A DNA stretch of 64,000 nucleotides from Candidatus Latescibacterota bacterium (GTDB lineage Bacteria > Latescibacterota > UBA2968 > UBA8231). A program made the translations under genes and the position numbers. Positions 52,246-61,132 of this stretch are shown in pieces. The stretch lies in NCBI GenBank assembly GCA_965197905.1, contig CBDAOB010000003.1, positions 928,001 through 992,000 on the forward strand, read 5' to 3'. Position 1 is the first letter of the stretch, and each line of letters begins with the position of its first letter. Below the pieces are notes generated by a model. That model was not told the origin of the DNA, searched no databases, and saw only the letters and a list, made by a program, of their open reading frames with translations.

Positions 52246-52701
52246 ATGAATCATCTGATCAGTAGGCTGGTGCCCGTTGCCCTAGTGATAGCTTCGGTGG
52301 GCACCGCGGTTCAAGTGGATGCACGTCTATTTCGCATGCGTATGGTGCCCAACGCCATCGCGCTAGGCGTCTCATGTAATATATGCCACACCGAAGGGAG
52401 GAGGGGGGGCACTCCGCGGAATTCTTTCGGTTTAGCTGTCGAAGCGCTGGTGACTTCCAATGGCAGGGAAGTGTTCTGGGGTCCTGAATTGGCGGCCCTG
52501 GATTCGGACGGAGACGGGGTGTCAAACGGGGTGGAACTAGGCGACCCGGAAGGAACTTGGAGTGCCGGGGACGACGCCCCAGAAGGCGAGATAACGCATC
52601 CGGGCGATCCGGACAGCTTTGTTCGTGCCGCAGTGGACACCGCCGTTGAGGATTTGTCCTGGGCAATGGTGAAGTCCGTCGTGCGACATCTGGTGGAATA
52701 A
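52246..52701 (+). CDS. Secreted temptin-like protein with CxxCH heme-binding motif
   Basis: Signal peptide; CNICH; RNSFG; DSDGDGVSNGVELGDP; HPG; C-terminal TAVEDLSWAMVK. Confidence 0.75.
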   Translation: MNHLISRLVPVALVIASVGTAVQVDARLFRMRMVPNAIALGVSCNICHTEGRRGGTPRNSFGLAVEALVTSNGREVFWGPELAALDSDGDGVSNGVELGDPEGTWSAGDDAPEGEITHPGDPDSFVRAAVDTAVEDLSWAMVKSVVRHLVE

Positions 52702-52833
52702 CTCAGACCTACATAGTTGAGTTCCAAAGCTACCGTTCGCCGTGCCCGAACTGCGAAGCAGTTGGCGAATGCCAATGCGCGAAGCAGGCACGGGTGTGTT
52801 ATGAGAAGCGTCAACTTTCGATTTACTTGAGCT

Positions 52834-52849
52834 TGGTACGGCATATGCT
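52834..52849 (+). promoter_or_regulatory. Possible sigma54 promoter
   Basis: TGGTACGGCATATGCT has GG-N10-GC spacing and is close to TGGCACG-N4-TTGC. Confidence 0.35.
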
Positions 52850-52906
52850 TTGACGTATCTTGTCCTCACTTTTTGGCATCGGGCCCGAAAATCGAAGGTT
52901 CATAAA

Positions 52907-52999
52907 TCAGCGCCCCAAGGCATAACATATCGTTACCTCTGTACCTTTTCCTACCTGACTCTCCATCCGGATCTCTCCCTGGTGCTCCTGGATCAACCG
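52907..52999 (-). pseudogene. C-terminal remnant of a histidine kinase ATPase domain
   Basis: Reads RLIQEHQGEIRMESQVGKGTEVTI...*; in-frame stop just upstream. Confidence 0.65.
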
Positions 53000-53307
53000 A
53001 TCTCAGCTTGCAGCGCCCCAGTTTTCACTTCGTTGACAGTGCAGAGGCACACCCGGGTAGACAAGCCCGGCAATCACCTGCGGATTCCGATGGGCACGTG
53101 GCGCCAACTTCCCACCAGACCTATTCTTGGCACAATCTTCTTGTAATATGCAACGACTCCGCGAGCCCAACGCCGCCGCGTCCTTGGTTGCCGAACATCG
53201 GCTCATGCGGTTTTTCGTGGACTAGCCATGACGGATTAGTACGTGCTGACGCCGAATCGGACGGTGAGTTGCTTTCGCAGAAAAGCGATAACTCTGAGGG
53301 AAGTCTT

Positions 53308-54825
53308 GTGATCGGATCACCTCTTCACATCTCTCTGCAACAACTCACCAACTGCATTAGCCGGATCACTAACCCACCGCATGGACGTGCGGGTTCGTTG
53401 CGCGAACTGGCCGGGAAAGTTGTCCGCGATCTGAACGAAACGTTGCGCGATGAGGGAAGCGGAGAGTCGACGGCTGCGCTTGTACGCTTTTTCATGACCA
53501 TCGAGCACGAGAGTCTCGACGACTCGGTGTCGAGTTTCATCGCCGAGCGATTCCCGGGTCTTACGCCCCAGCCAGAGACCAAATGTCTCACCCTCATGGG
53601 AACCGTCGGCGACGAGTTGGACTGGTGCGACATTGAAAGATCCAAGGGGCATCGCTCGGTTCCGCTGATAAGCGAGGAGTGGGTGAATCAGATCCCCATG
53701 ATCGCTCGTCTCGTGTTGGAACTGGGTTTGAAGATTCAACAGGTCATGGCGCCTGCCGCAGACCAAACGATGGAGAAAGAGAAGCAGGACTTTCGCGTCT
53801 TTCACATCGAGGAAGCACTCAACAGTGAGTACATACCGGACCAGAAGTTCGTGGTGTCCCACGGGATCCGTTCGGTCCTGGGTTTCGGGGGCATGCTGCC
53901 CACTGGTCACCTGTTTGTCGTGATCGTGTTCTCGAAGGCGAGAATTTCGCTGGAGACAGCGCTTCTATTCCGTACGGTCGCCCTGGGCGTTCGGATGATG
54001 ATGCTTCCCCTCTTGAAGAAGAAGATCCTCGCCGGGGAGAAGGGGGTCTTCGAAGAGGTTGAGAGTCTGCAAGCAGTTACCAAGGCCCAGGCACAGCTGC
54101 TGGAGGTGTTCCGCACCACCGTGATCGAGCAGTCCGGCAAGTTGGATCAGACCCTGACGGAGCTGCAAACGACGAACACCGACCTCCGCGCCACTCTTGA
54201 CGAGCTGAAGGATGCCCAGTCACGGCTTGTCGATTTCGAGGCAAAGCTCGTATCGAAGTATGCGGTTGAGAAGCTCCGAGATCCCTCTACCTACAAGGTT
54301 GCCTTCATAGTGGGGACCTTGATCAATCTCTTCGGTCATATCCTGGTTCCGCTCTTGCGAGACCGCCCGAGTGTGGGGGAAGCGTTTATCAGCGAACTGC
54401 AGGCTCGTCCCGCACTTGCCGCGATTTCAATCGCCGTCGCCTACCTGTTTCCCATCATCGTCCAGGTCCATTCGGCAGTGACGGGCCGTCTCCGCGGTCA
54501 CGGGACCGAAATGCGAGCTCTGTTCGCGGACAGTACGCCGGACCCGGTGTTTCGAGCTGCCGCGGATGGCCGTATCATCGATGCCGGCGCCGGCACTCGT
54601 GCCTTGCTGACCCGCTACGACCTGGACACTGCCCAGGATGTTCTCGGCGTCGAGTTGTGGGAAAGGATCCTCGATGCGCGACGCAATGGCAGTCGACTCA
54701 AACGTGAGACGTACGTCCGCGTCGAAGCGCTCAACGATTCGTTCTTTGTGGCATACTCCGCAGCGGCTAACGGAGCGGTGAACATCTATCTCACGGCGGC
54801 CGAACCCCGGGGAACATCTTCATGA
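53308..54825 (+). CDS. Membrane sensor-like protein: GAF-like domain, coiled coil, two TM (NrtS-like), PAS-like domain
   Basis: LTLMGTVG...SKGHRSVPL...PMIARL...SVLGFGG; heptad stretch; KVAFIVGTLINL; PDPVFR..ADGRI; RBS GAGGG + GTG. Confidence 0.7.
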   Translation: MIGSPLHISLQQLTNCISRITNPPHGRAGSLRELAGKVVRDLNETLRDEGSGESTAALVRFFMTIEHESLDDSVSSFIAERFPGLTPQPETKCLTLMGTVGDELDWCDIERSKGHRSVPLISEEWVNQIPMIARLVLELGLKIQQVMAPAADQTMEKEKQDFRVFHIEEALNSEYIPDQKFVVSHGIRSVLGFGGMLPTGHLFVVIVFSKARISLETALLFRTVALGVRMMMLPLLKKKILAGEKGVFEEVESLQAVTKAQAQLLEVFRTTVIEQSGKLDQTLTELQTTNTDLRATLDELKDAQSRLVDFEAKLVSKYAVEKLRDPSTYKVAFIVGTLINLFGHILVPLLRDRPSVGEAFISELQARPALAAISIAVAYLFPIIVQVHSAVTGRLRGHGTEMRALFADSTPDPVFRAAADGRIIDAGAGTRALLTRYDLDTAQDVLGVELWERILDARRNGSRLKRETYVRVEALNDSFFVAYSAAANGAVNIYLTAAEPRGTSS

Positions 54826-54864
54826 CGGCAGAACCGGTCGCCTGGAGCGGACGCCAAACCAGAT

Positions 54865-55150
54865 CCGGTTTGTTTGACAATGCCTCAATGATATTCAGGT
54901 GCACCTTTAGTTGGATATTCGGTTCTGCTTTCAAGAGCTGCTGGAAGCGTTCCCGGCGAAGACGGAGCACTCTGCTTTTCGCTGTTTAAGGATAGTCGCG
55001 CGCAACCGGCAATGAATCCCAATTCGCCGACCGTGGTCACGGGCTTGATCTGCTCCGCTTCACCTTCGCACGTTGCCTCGATGTTGAAACTGCCCGAAGC
55101 GGGGCCGATCAAGCTGGCGAGTTCCAGAAAAATGATTTGCGCAGCTAGCA
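54865..55150 (-). pseudogene. Degraded cyclic-nucleotide-binding domain gene
   Basis: IKPVTTVGELGFIAG, then in another frame SRVLRLRRERFQQLLKAEPNIQLKVHLNIIEALSNK; frameshifted. Confidence 0.5.
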
Positions 55151-55351
55151 TTGGTGTGGCTTTCTTATAGAAAGGTGATTGTCGCCGCTGCGTCCTCATT
55201 CAGCTCTCCGCTTTGCTGCACTGGCACGGCAAGACCACAATCGGCTGCGGCACCTTCTTCGAAGTCGTTATTAAGTTACAACGGCTTTGCTACCCATTCC
55301 ACCACAGATACTGATCATCGATTCGCCTGGGCGCGAAAGGATGCCGTCGTG

Positions 55352-57349
55352 ATGGGAATACCCACATCGGACAGAATGCTGGAATACCGCCTGGCCACCG
55401 AGGAAAAGAAGCGGCTAAGGGGTTATCAGCTTGTTTGGTTTATGCTGAAGCGAGGCGCGATCAGCCTGCACTGGTATTGCTCCGCCACCCTCGTCGCGCT
55501 CGTCGATGTGGTAATTCAATTCCCACGCCCGATTCCCAGCGCGATCATCATTGGCAGCATCTTGCCACTGGTAGTGGACCTGGAAGAGAGCAGTTACGCG
55601 CTGATCACCGTATGCCTGGTCTGGCTTCTCCTCGAAGTCAGCAAAGTGATCGTAGTAGTAGTGTACGAGTATCTGTCCACCGAAGGTTCGTTCAATCTGA
55701 TGTACGACCTGCGGCGGCGGTTTCTGGGCGATATGGAGGAGATGAACGAAGAGTCGAAGGAGTCACTGGGACTCGGACGGCTGTATACCACCTATAGCAG
55801 CGACCTGCCCGCCTACAGCAAATTCTACAGAGACTTCCTACCCCGCCTCATCACCTATTTCATCAGTATCGTCGCCACCTTTGCGGTGATCTACTTCATG
55901 TCGTCGGCGATATTCACGTTGTTGCTTCTGGTTATTCCACTCCAGGTGTTTGTCATGTCCTTCTTTCGATCCCGCATTCGCAGCAATCGTCGGAAGCACA
56001 GTCGACTGCGGGACGAGGCCATGTCCATGTTCAACGAGTCGCTGGCGAATGCGGATCTGATCAAATCGTTCGATGCGGTAGAGCGCATGACTGGGCGGAC
56101 GTTAGAAACGGTAGAGGGGATGATCACCCAGCAACGCAAGAACCGAAACTATCGGAATGCCTGGATTGCCTGCAGCAGTGCCGTTTCCATTACTTTCACC
56201 ATCGGCATCGCCCTCATCGCCGGGCTCCAGGTGATCGAAGGGGCCATCTCCTTGACCTTTTACATCGTCATCAACGCCTACGCCGAGAGGGTGCTCCGTC
56301 CGATCCTGGCCCTGATCCAGTTGGGGCAGGATATCATCCCACTAATAGTGAGCGTGCAGTGGAGCGAGGAGTTCTTCGACGCGGCCGAGAGTGTGCAAAG
56401 CGGCGTGCGCGCCAAGCAACTTCCGATAACGAGTCATGAAATCGAATTTAGAAACGTTACCTTTCGCTATCCGGATACGCCGGACTCAGCCCGCCCCGCG
56501 CTTGAGGATGTTTCCTTTCGCGTGTCTCCCGGTGAGATGACGGTACTGTGTGGGGCCAGTGGCTGCGGCAAATCGACGGTGTTAAAGTTGCTACGGGGTA
56601 ACTTGGAAGCCCGTGAAGGTGTGGTGCTGTTGGGCGGTACGGACGTACTCGAGATAGAACGCAAGAATCTCTCCCTGTTGATGGCCTATATGTCCCAGAA
56701 AATCTCTCTTTTGTCCATGTCCCTCCTACAGAACGCCGAGTTGCTTTCTCCCGAGTCCAACGAGGAAGACCTGCGGAAGTCACTGCGCATGGCCAAGGTG
56801 CTGGAGGAGATCGACGCCATGGAACAGGAGGTCCGAGTCTCCACCAGCGACGTTCGCGCCAGTCCGGCGCAAAGACTGGGCCGCTTGCTGTTTGGATTCG
56901 AGCCACGGCGGGTCGGACTCATGGAGCGCCGCGAGGGACTGGACCGGTTGGCGGGTCTTTCGGGAAATCTCTCCGGCGGACAGCAACAGCGAGTAAGTAT
57001 CGGATTCGCCCTTTTGACCCGCTGTCCGATTTTGCTGTTCGACGAACCAACCAGCGGCCTGGACAAATTTTCTGAGAACGAACTGGTGGACACCATCGCT
57101 GGTCTGGCCCAACAGGACCGCACGGTGGTCGTAGTGGGACACACGCTGGCACCGTACTTTGCCCTGCCCGATGACAAGGTGTTCTTCGTGTTTTTGCACA
57201 ACGGACGCCTCGTCGGTGCCGGACATCGGCGGGAGCTGTTGAAAACCTGCCCTGAGTTCAGGGCACTGGCCCTCGAGAACGTCCGTCACGTTCTGGCCCT
57301 ACAATCCGTTGATCTGGATCACATGCGCTTTGCAGAGGATCAATTATGA
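55352..57349 (+). CDS. ABC exporter, fused permease/ATP-binding protein
   Basis: N-terminal TM domain; GASGCGKST, LSGGQQQR, LLFDEPTSGLD, VGH; start uncertain. Confidence 0.9.
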   Translation: MGIPTSDRMLEYRLATEEKKRLRGYQLVWFMLKRGAISLHWYCSATLVALVDVVIQFPRPIPSAIIIGSILPLVVDLEESSYALITVCLVWLLLEVSKVIVVVVYEYLSTEGSFNLMYDLRRRFLGDMEEMNEESKESLGLGRLYTTYSSDLPAYSKFYRDFLPRLITYFISIVATFAVIYFMSSAIFTLLLLVIPLQVFVMSFFRSRIRSNRRKHSRLRDEAMSMFNESLANADLIKSFDAVERMTGRTLETVEGMITQQRKNRNYRNAWIACSSAVSITFTIGIALIAGLQVIEGAISLTFYIVINAYAERVLRPILALIQLGQDIIPLIVSVQWSEEFFDAAESVQSGVRAKQLPITSHEIEFRNVTFRYPDTPDSARPALEDVSFRVSPGEMTVLCGASGCGKSTVLKLLRGNLEAREGVVLLGGTDVLEIERKNLSLLMAYMSQKISLLSMSLLQNAELLSPESNEEDLRKSLRMAKVLEEIDAMEQEVRVSTSDVRASPAQRLGRLLFGFEPRRVGLMERREGLDRLAGLSGNLSGGQQQRVSIGFALLTRCPILLFDEPTSGLDKFSENELVDTIAGLAQQDRTVVVVGHTLAPYFALPDDKVFFVFLHNGRLVGAGHRRELLKTCPEFRALALENVRHVLALQSVDLDHMRFAEDQL

Positions 57350-57610
57350 ACGAGATCCGCGTCCTTGCAAAATTGGCGGATGAGGCACGACAGAATCCGC
57401 GAACGTGCGGTTCTCACCCAGCGCGGCAGCCGCTATCTATGCTGTTGACAAACAATGATGCCCTGAGGGTTCCTGGAAAATCTGGGTATTGTTGGAAAGA
57501 TCTGATTGTTCGTGACAATATTACTCTGGCAATACCGACGGGCCTCGTGAACCTGTGACGTAACGTGGATCCGTCCGCACGGGGCGCAGATGATCGAGCT
57601 TCTCAACAGA
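57346..57610 (+). pseudogene. Possible remnant of a second ABC exporter subunit
   Basis: ATGA-coupled start; DLIVRDNITLAIP and later MIELLNR resemble sequence flanking a Walker A, which is itself destroyed. Confidence 0.25.
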
Positions 57611-57620
57611 AGCGGGAGCA

Positions 57621-57663
57621 ACGAAAAGTGGGCGAGGGATAAGCCCCCCGTCCACTTTTCGTT
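57621..57663. terminator. Rho-independent terminator-like hairpin downstream of groEL
   Basis: ACGAAAAGTGG ... CCACTTTTCGT inverted repeat between convergent genes. Confidence 0.75.
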
Positions 57664-57681
57664 TACAGACTTCGTCGGGCA

Positions 57682-59301
57682 CTAATGGGGATGCCCGTGT
57701 CCGCCTGGAGCTTCTGTTTCTTCAGGCTCTTCGGTTACCATAGCTTCGGTGGTCAACAGCAAAGCAGCGATACTGGCGGCATTGCTGAGTGCGGTGTGGA
57801 CGACCTTTGTCGGGTCGATAACGCCCATTTTCACCAGATCTCCGTACTCTTCAGTGGCGGCATTGTAGCCGTACGCAGCGGTCTTCTTTGCCGCGACGTT
57901 TTCGACGACAACGGCACCTTCTTTGCCGGCGTTTGCGGCGATCTGACGCAAAGGCTCTTCGAGTGCTCGGCGGATGATTTTGATGCCCGTGGTCTCGCCA
58001 TCCGTAGCACCCTTCAAGGTGTCCAGCGCAGTTGTGGCGCGAATCAAGGAAACTCCGCCGCCCGGAACGATGCCCTCCTCCACGGCGGCCCGCGTTGCGT
58101 GCAGTGCATCTTCCACGCGGGCCTTCTTTTCTTTCATTTCCGTTTCGGTGGCCGCCCCCACGCGAATTACCGCGACCCCACCGGCCAGTTTGGCCAGGCG
58201 CTCCTGCAGCTTTTCGCGATCGTAGTCCGAGGTCGTCTCTTCGATCTGGTTCCTGATCTGGTCGACGCGTCCTTTGATGTCGGCGGCCTTTCCTCCCCCT
58301 TCGATAATCGTCGTGTCTTCCTTTCCGATCACGACTCGCTTGGCGCTACCGAGGTCGGAAAGCTGTACGCTTTCCAGCGTGATGCCGAGGTCTTCCGTAA
58401 TGACCGCTCCTCCGGTCAGCATGGCGATGTCCTGCAGCATTTCCTTGCGGCGATCACCGTAGCCGGGGGCCTTGACCGCGGCAATTTGCAGCGTGCCGCG
58501 AATCTTGTTGACCACCACAGTAGCCAGTGCTTCGCCTTCCACGTCTTCTGCAATAATCAACAGCGGCTTGCTGGACTTGGAGACCTTCTCCAAAAGCGGC
58601 AGGAGATCCTTCAGATCCGAAATCTTCTTTTCGTGGATGAGCAGGTAGGCGTCTTCCAAGGCCACTTCCATGCTTTCCTGATCCGTCACGAAGTACGGGG
58701 ACAGATAACCTTTATCGAATTGCATACCCTCGACGACGTCGAGGGTGGTTTCGATGCTTTTGGCTTCCTCGACCGTAATGGTGCCGTCTTTGCCGACCTT
58801 GTCCATCGCGTCGGCAATGATCTCGCCAATCGAGGTGTCGTCATTGGCAGAAATCGTACCTACCTGCGCCACTTCGCTGTGCTCCTTCACCGACTTGCTT
58901 TGTTTGGCGAGTTTCTCGACAACGACGTTGACCGACTTCTCTATGCCGCGCTTTATTTCCATCGGCGAGAAACCTGAGGTTACCGCCTTTATTCCTTCGG
59001 AGTATATCGCTTCAGCGAGCACAATGGCTGTGGTGGTCCCATCGCCGGCCACGTCGCTGGTCTTGGAAGCGACCTCTTTTACCATCTGCGCGCCCATGTT
59101 CTCGTTCTTATCGGGGAGTTCGATCTCCTTGGCCACCGTGACGCCATCTTTGGTCACGGTAGGCGAACCCCAACTCTTGGCCAAAACGACGGTGCGACCG
59201 CGGGGCCCAAGAGTGACTTTCACCGCTTTACTGAGCTGCTGCACTCCGGAGAGTATCTTCGCGCGCGCTTCCTCTCGGAACGCGATTTGTTTGGCTGCCA
59301 T
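57682..59301 (-). CDS. groL: Chaperonin GroEL
   Basis: [33 protein letters not shown]. Confidence 0.99.
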   Translation of the reverse strand: MAAKQIAFREEARAKILSGVQQLSKAVKVTLGPRGRTVVLAKSWGSPTVTKDGVTVAKEIELPDKNENMGAQMVKEVASKTSDVAGDGTTTAIVLAEAIYSEGIKAVTSGFSPMEIKRGIEKSVNVVVEKLAKQSKSVKEHSEVAQVGTISANDDTSIGEIIADAMDKVGKDGTITVEEAKSIETTLDVVEGMQFDKGYLSPYFVTDQESMEVALEDAYLLIHEKKISDLKDLLPLLEKVSKSSKPLLIIAEDVEGEALATVVVNKIRGTLQIAAVKAPGYGDRRKEMLQDIAMLTGGAVITEDLGITLESVQLSDLGSAKRVVIGKEDTTIIEGGGKAADIKGRVDQIRNQIEETTSDYDREKLQERLAKLAGGVAVIRVGAATETEMKEKKARVEDALHATRAAVEEGIVPGGGVSLIRATTALDTLKGATDGETTGIKIIRRALEEPLRQIAANAGKEGAVVVENVAAKKTAAYGYNAATEEYGDLVKMGVIDPTKVVHTALSNAASIAALLLTTEAMVTEEPEETEAPGGHGHPH

Positions 59302-59319
59302 TATTAATGTTCCTTTCCC

Positions 59320-59616
59320 TTAACCGACGATGGCGAGAACATCATCCTCGCGCATGATGAGGAACTCTTCACCTTCGATTTTTACCTCGGTACCTGAGTA
59401 CTTGCCGATAAGTATCTTGTCGCCCTTCTTCACTTCAAGTGCCACGCGCTTGCCATCATCCATCTTGCCTGGACCGACGGCGACTACCTCGGCCTCCTGA
59501 GGTTTCTCTTTGGCGGTGTCGGGAATAATAATGCCGCCAACCTGTTGCTCCTCATCCTCATCCAGACGCTTGACCAGGATGCGGTCCGCGAGTGGTTTGA
59601 TCTTGGGTTTGGCCAT
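59320..59616 (-). CDS. groS: Co-chaperonin GroES
   Basis: [27 protein letters not shown]. Confidence 0.98.
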   Translation of the reverse strand: MAKPKIKPLADRILVKRLDEDEEQQVGGIIIPDTAKEKPQEAEVVAVGPGKMDDGKRVALEVKKGDKILIGKYSGTEVKIEGEEFLIMREDDVLAIVG

Positions 59617-59775
59617 GAGATTTCTCCTCGTGTTGGGTTTGAGAAACTGCTTCCGTCAACGACAGCTTATATGGTAATTTAAATGCCGTTCCTGGTGGAA
59701 GCCGTAACGGCGATTCTGGACTGCACAGTGGTGGCCGGCGGCCCTTCGCAGGCGCATGCCGACCAGGTCCTTGAG

Positions 59776-60807
59776 CTAGACAAATTGGTCATCTGAGTCG
59801 CCACGGACAATAGTGACCTGACCCTGTTCCTCCAATTGCCGCACTTGCTGTACAATGCGCAGCTGAACTTCCTCCACTTCGCTCAGGCGCATTGGTCCCT
59901 GAAACTCCATCTCTTCTGTTATGAAGGTCCGAACACGCTCCGACATATTGCCGAGAACTTTGTCCTTGAGTTCGTCCTCGGCACTCTTGAGGGCCACTAC
60001 CAGGTCCTTCTGATCCACTTCGCGCAACAACGTCTGAAGCTCGCGATCGGTCAATTTGACGATGTCGCCAAAGACAAACATCAAATTGCGAACGGATTCG
60101 GCCACCTCTGGATCCTGGGCATCCATCTGATCGAGAACGGCCTTTTCCACACTCGAACCGGTGAGATTTAGAATATCAGCAACGACTTTGGGACCGCCGA
60201 CATCCTGGTCGCCACCGAGCATGTCTCTCAAAGATTGCTCGAGGGCTTCTTCAATTTCCTTTATCACGTTGGGGGTGATGTTCTCCATTGTGGCTAGGCG
60301 ATAAGCAACGTCAGCTTGTAAGCGCTCGGCCAGTTGCGACAGGATACCGGCAGCTTGGGCCGAGTCTAATTGCGACAGAATAAGTGCAATTGTCTGCGGA
60401 TGCTCATTCGATATAAACGGCGCAATCTGCTCTGATGCAACATTCTTCAAGATGTAAAAACCAGACGATACTTTGCTTCCTACACGTTCCATTATCTCCT
60501 GCGCCCTTCGAGGCCCAACAGCACGTTCCAGCGCCGCACGCGCAAAATCGATGCCGCCCTGAGCAATCCACCCGCCGGCCATCAAATGCTGCTCAAACTC
60601 CTCGAGAACTGTGTCGATCAGTTCAGTGGAAATGTTTTTCAGCGCGGCGATCGCTTGCGTAATCTCCTCAATTTCATAATCGCCGAGATGCTTCATGACC
60701 TCGCCGGAAACCTCTTCCCCTAAAGCAACCATCACGATACCCACCTTCTGGAGTGTGGGCAGATCAGGTTCCTCATCCTCTACAGCTTGATCAGCTTCTT
60801 CGGCCAT
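59776..60807 (-). CDS. fliG: Flagellar motor switch protein FliG
   Basis: GGIDFA, EHPQTIALIL, MFVFGD, NMSER, GPMRLSEVEE. Confidence 0.95.
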   Translation of the reverse strand: MAEEADQAVEDEEPDLPTLQKVGIVMVALGEEVSGEVMKHLGDYEIEEITQAIAALKNISTELIDTVLEEFEQHLMAGGWIAQGGIDFARAALERAVGPRRAQEIMERVGSKVSSGFYILKNVASEQIAPFISNEHPQTIALILSQLDSAQAAGILSQLAERLQADVAYRLATMENITPNVIKEIEEALEQSLRDMLGGDQDVGGPKVVADILNLTGSSVEKAVLDQMDAQDPEVAESVRNLMFVFGDIVKLTDRELQTLLREVDQKDLVVALKSAEDELKDKVLGNMSERVRTFITEEMEFQGPMRLSEVEEVQLRIVQQVRQLEEQGQVTIVRGDSDDQFV

Positions 60808-60854
60808 ATCAACGTTCTTGTAGCGTGGGATGATCTAGTAATCTTCTAATCTAG

Positions 60855-61069
60855 CTGAATACGAACCAGTTCACAATAGCGCCGATCCGCCTAAGTGCTG
60901 CTTCGTACTCGCACGAACATCCGAAATGGCAGTCTGAATGTATGTGTAGCGATCCGGTTTGACGGGCCAAACACCGCTGGTTTGATTCCAAGCGTCCAGA
61001 AGGCGACATCGGCCTGTTTGCTTGGATCAACAAGCGCAAGCCTGCGGCCGAAACTGGTTCGTAGTTCGG
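60855..61069 (+). ncRNA. Candidate structured RNA (~215 nt), family unknown
   Basis: 12-bp perfect closing stem (60860-60871 / 61052-61063), nested long helix and several hairpins; G-U pairs favour the + strand. Confidence 0.5.
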
Positions 61070-61132
61070 AGGCACAGTATTCGGACCGCTGGGCCTCTCT
61101 TGTGGTCAAGTCAACTCATGGAGAAGAAATAT

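Noticed and set aside
53008..53307. N-terminal extensions given by the ORF track (also 12952, 15188, 28563, 44532, 55151, 61022)
   Set aside because: Not protein-like; better starts with RBS or paralog support lie downstream
57685..58977. 430-aa ORF on + strand
   Set aside because: Antisense shadow of groEL, a common artefact of codon bias
59617..59775. CIRCE/HrcA operator upstream of groES
   Set aside because: No TTAGCACTC-N9-GAGTGCTAA on either strand
60855..61069. Hammerhead ribozyme or cobalamin/c-di-GMP riboswitch
   Set aside because: CGAAAC is present but there is no CUGANGA core; conserved riboswitch boxes not found
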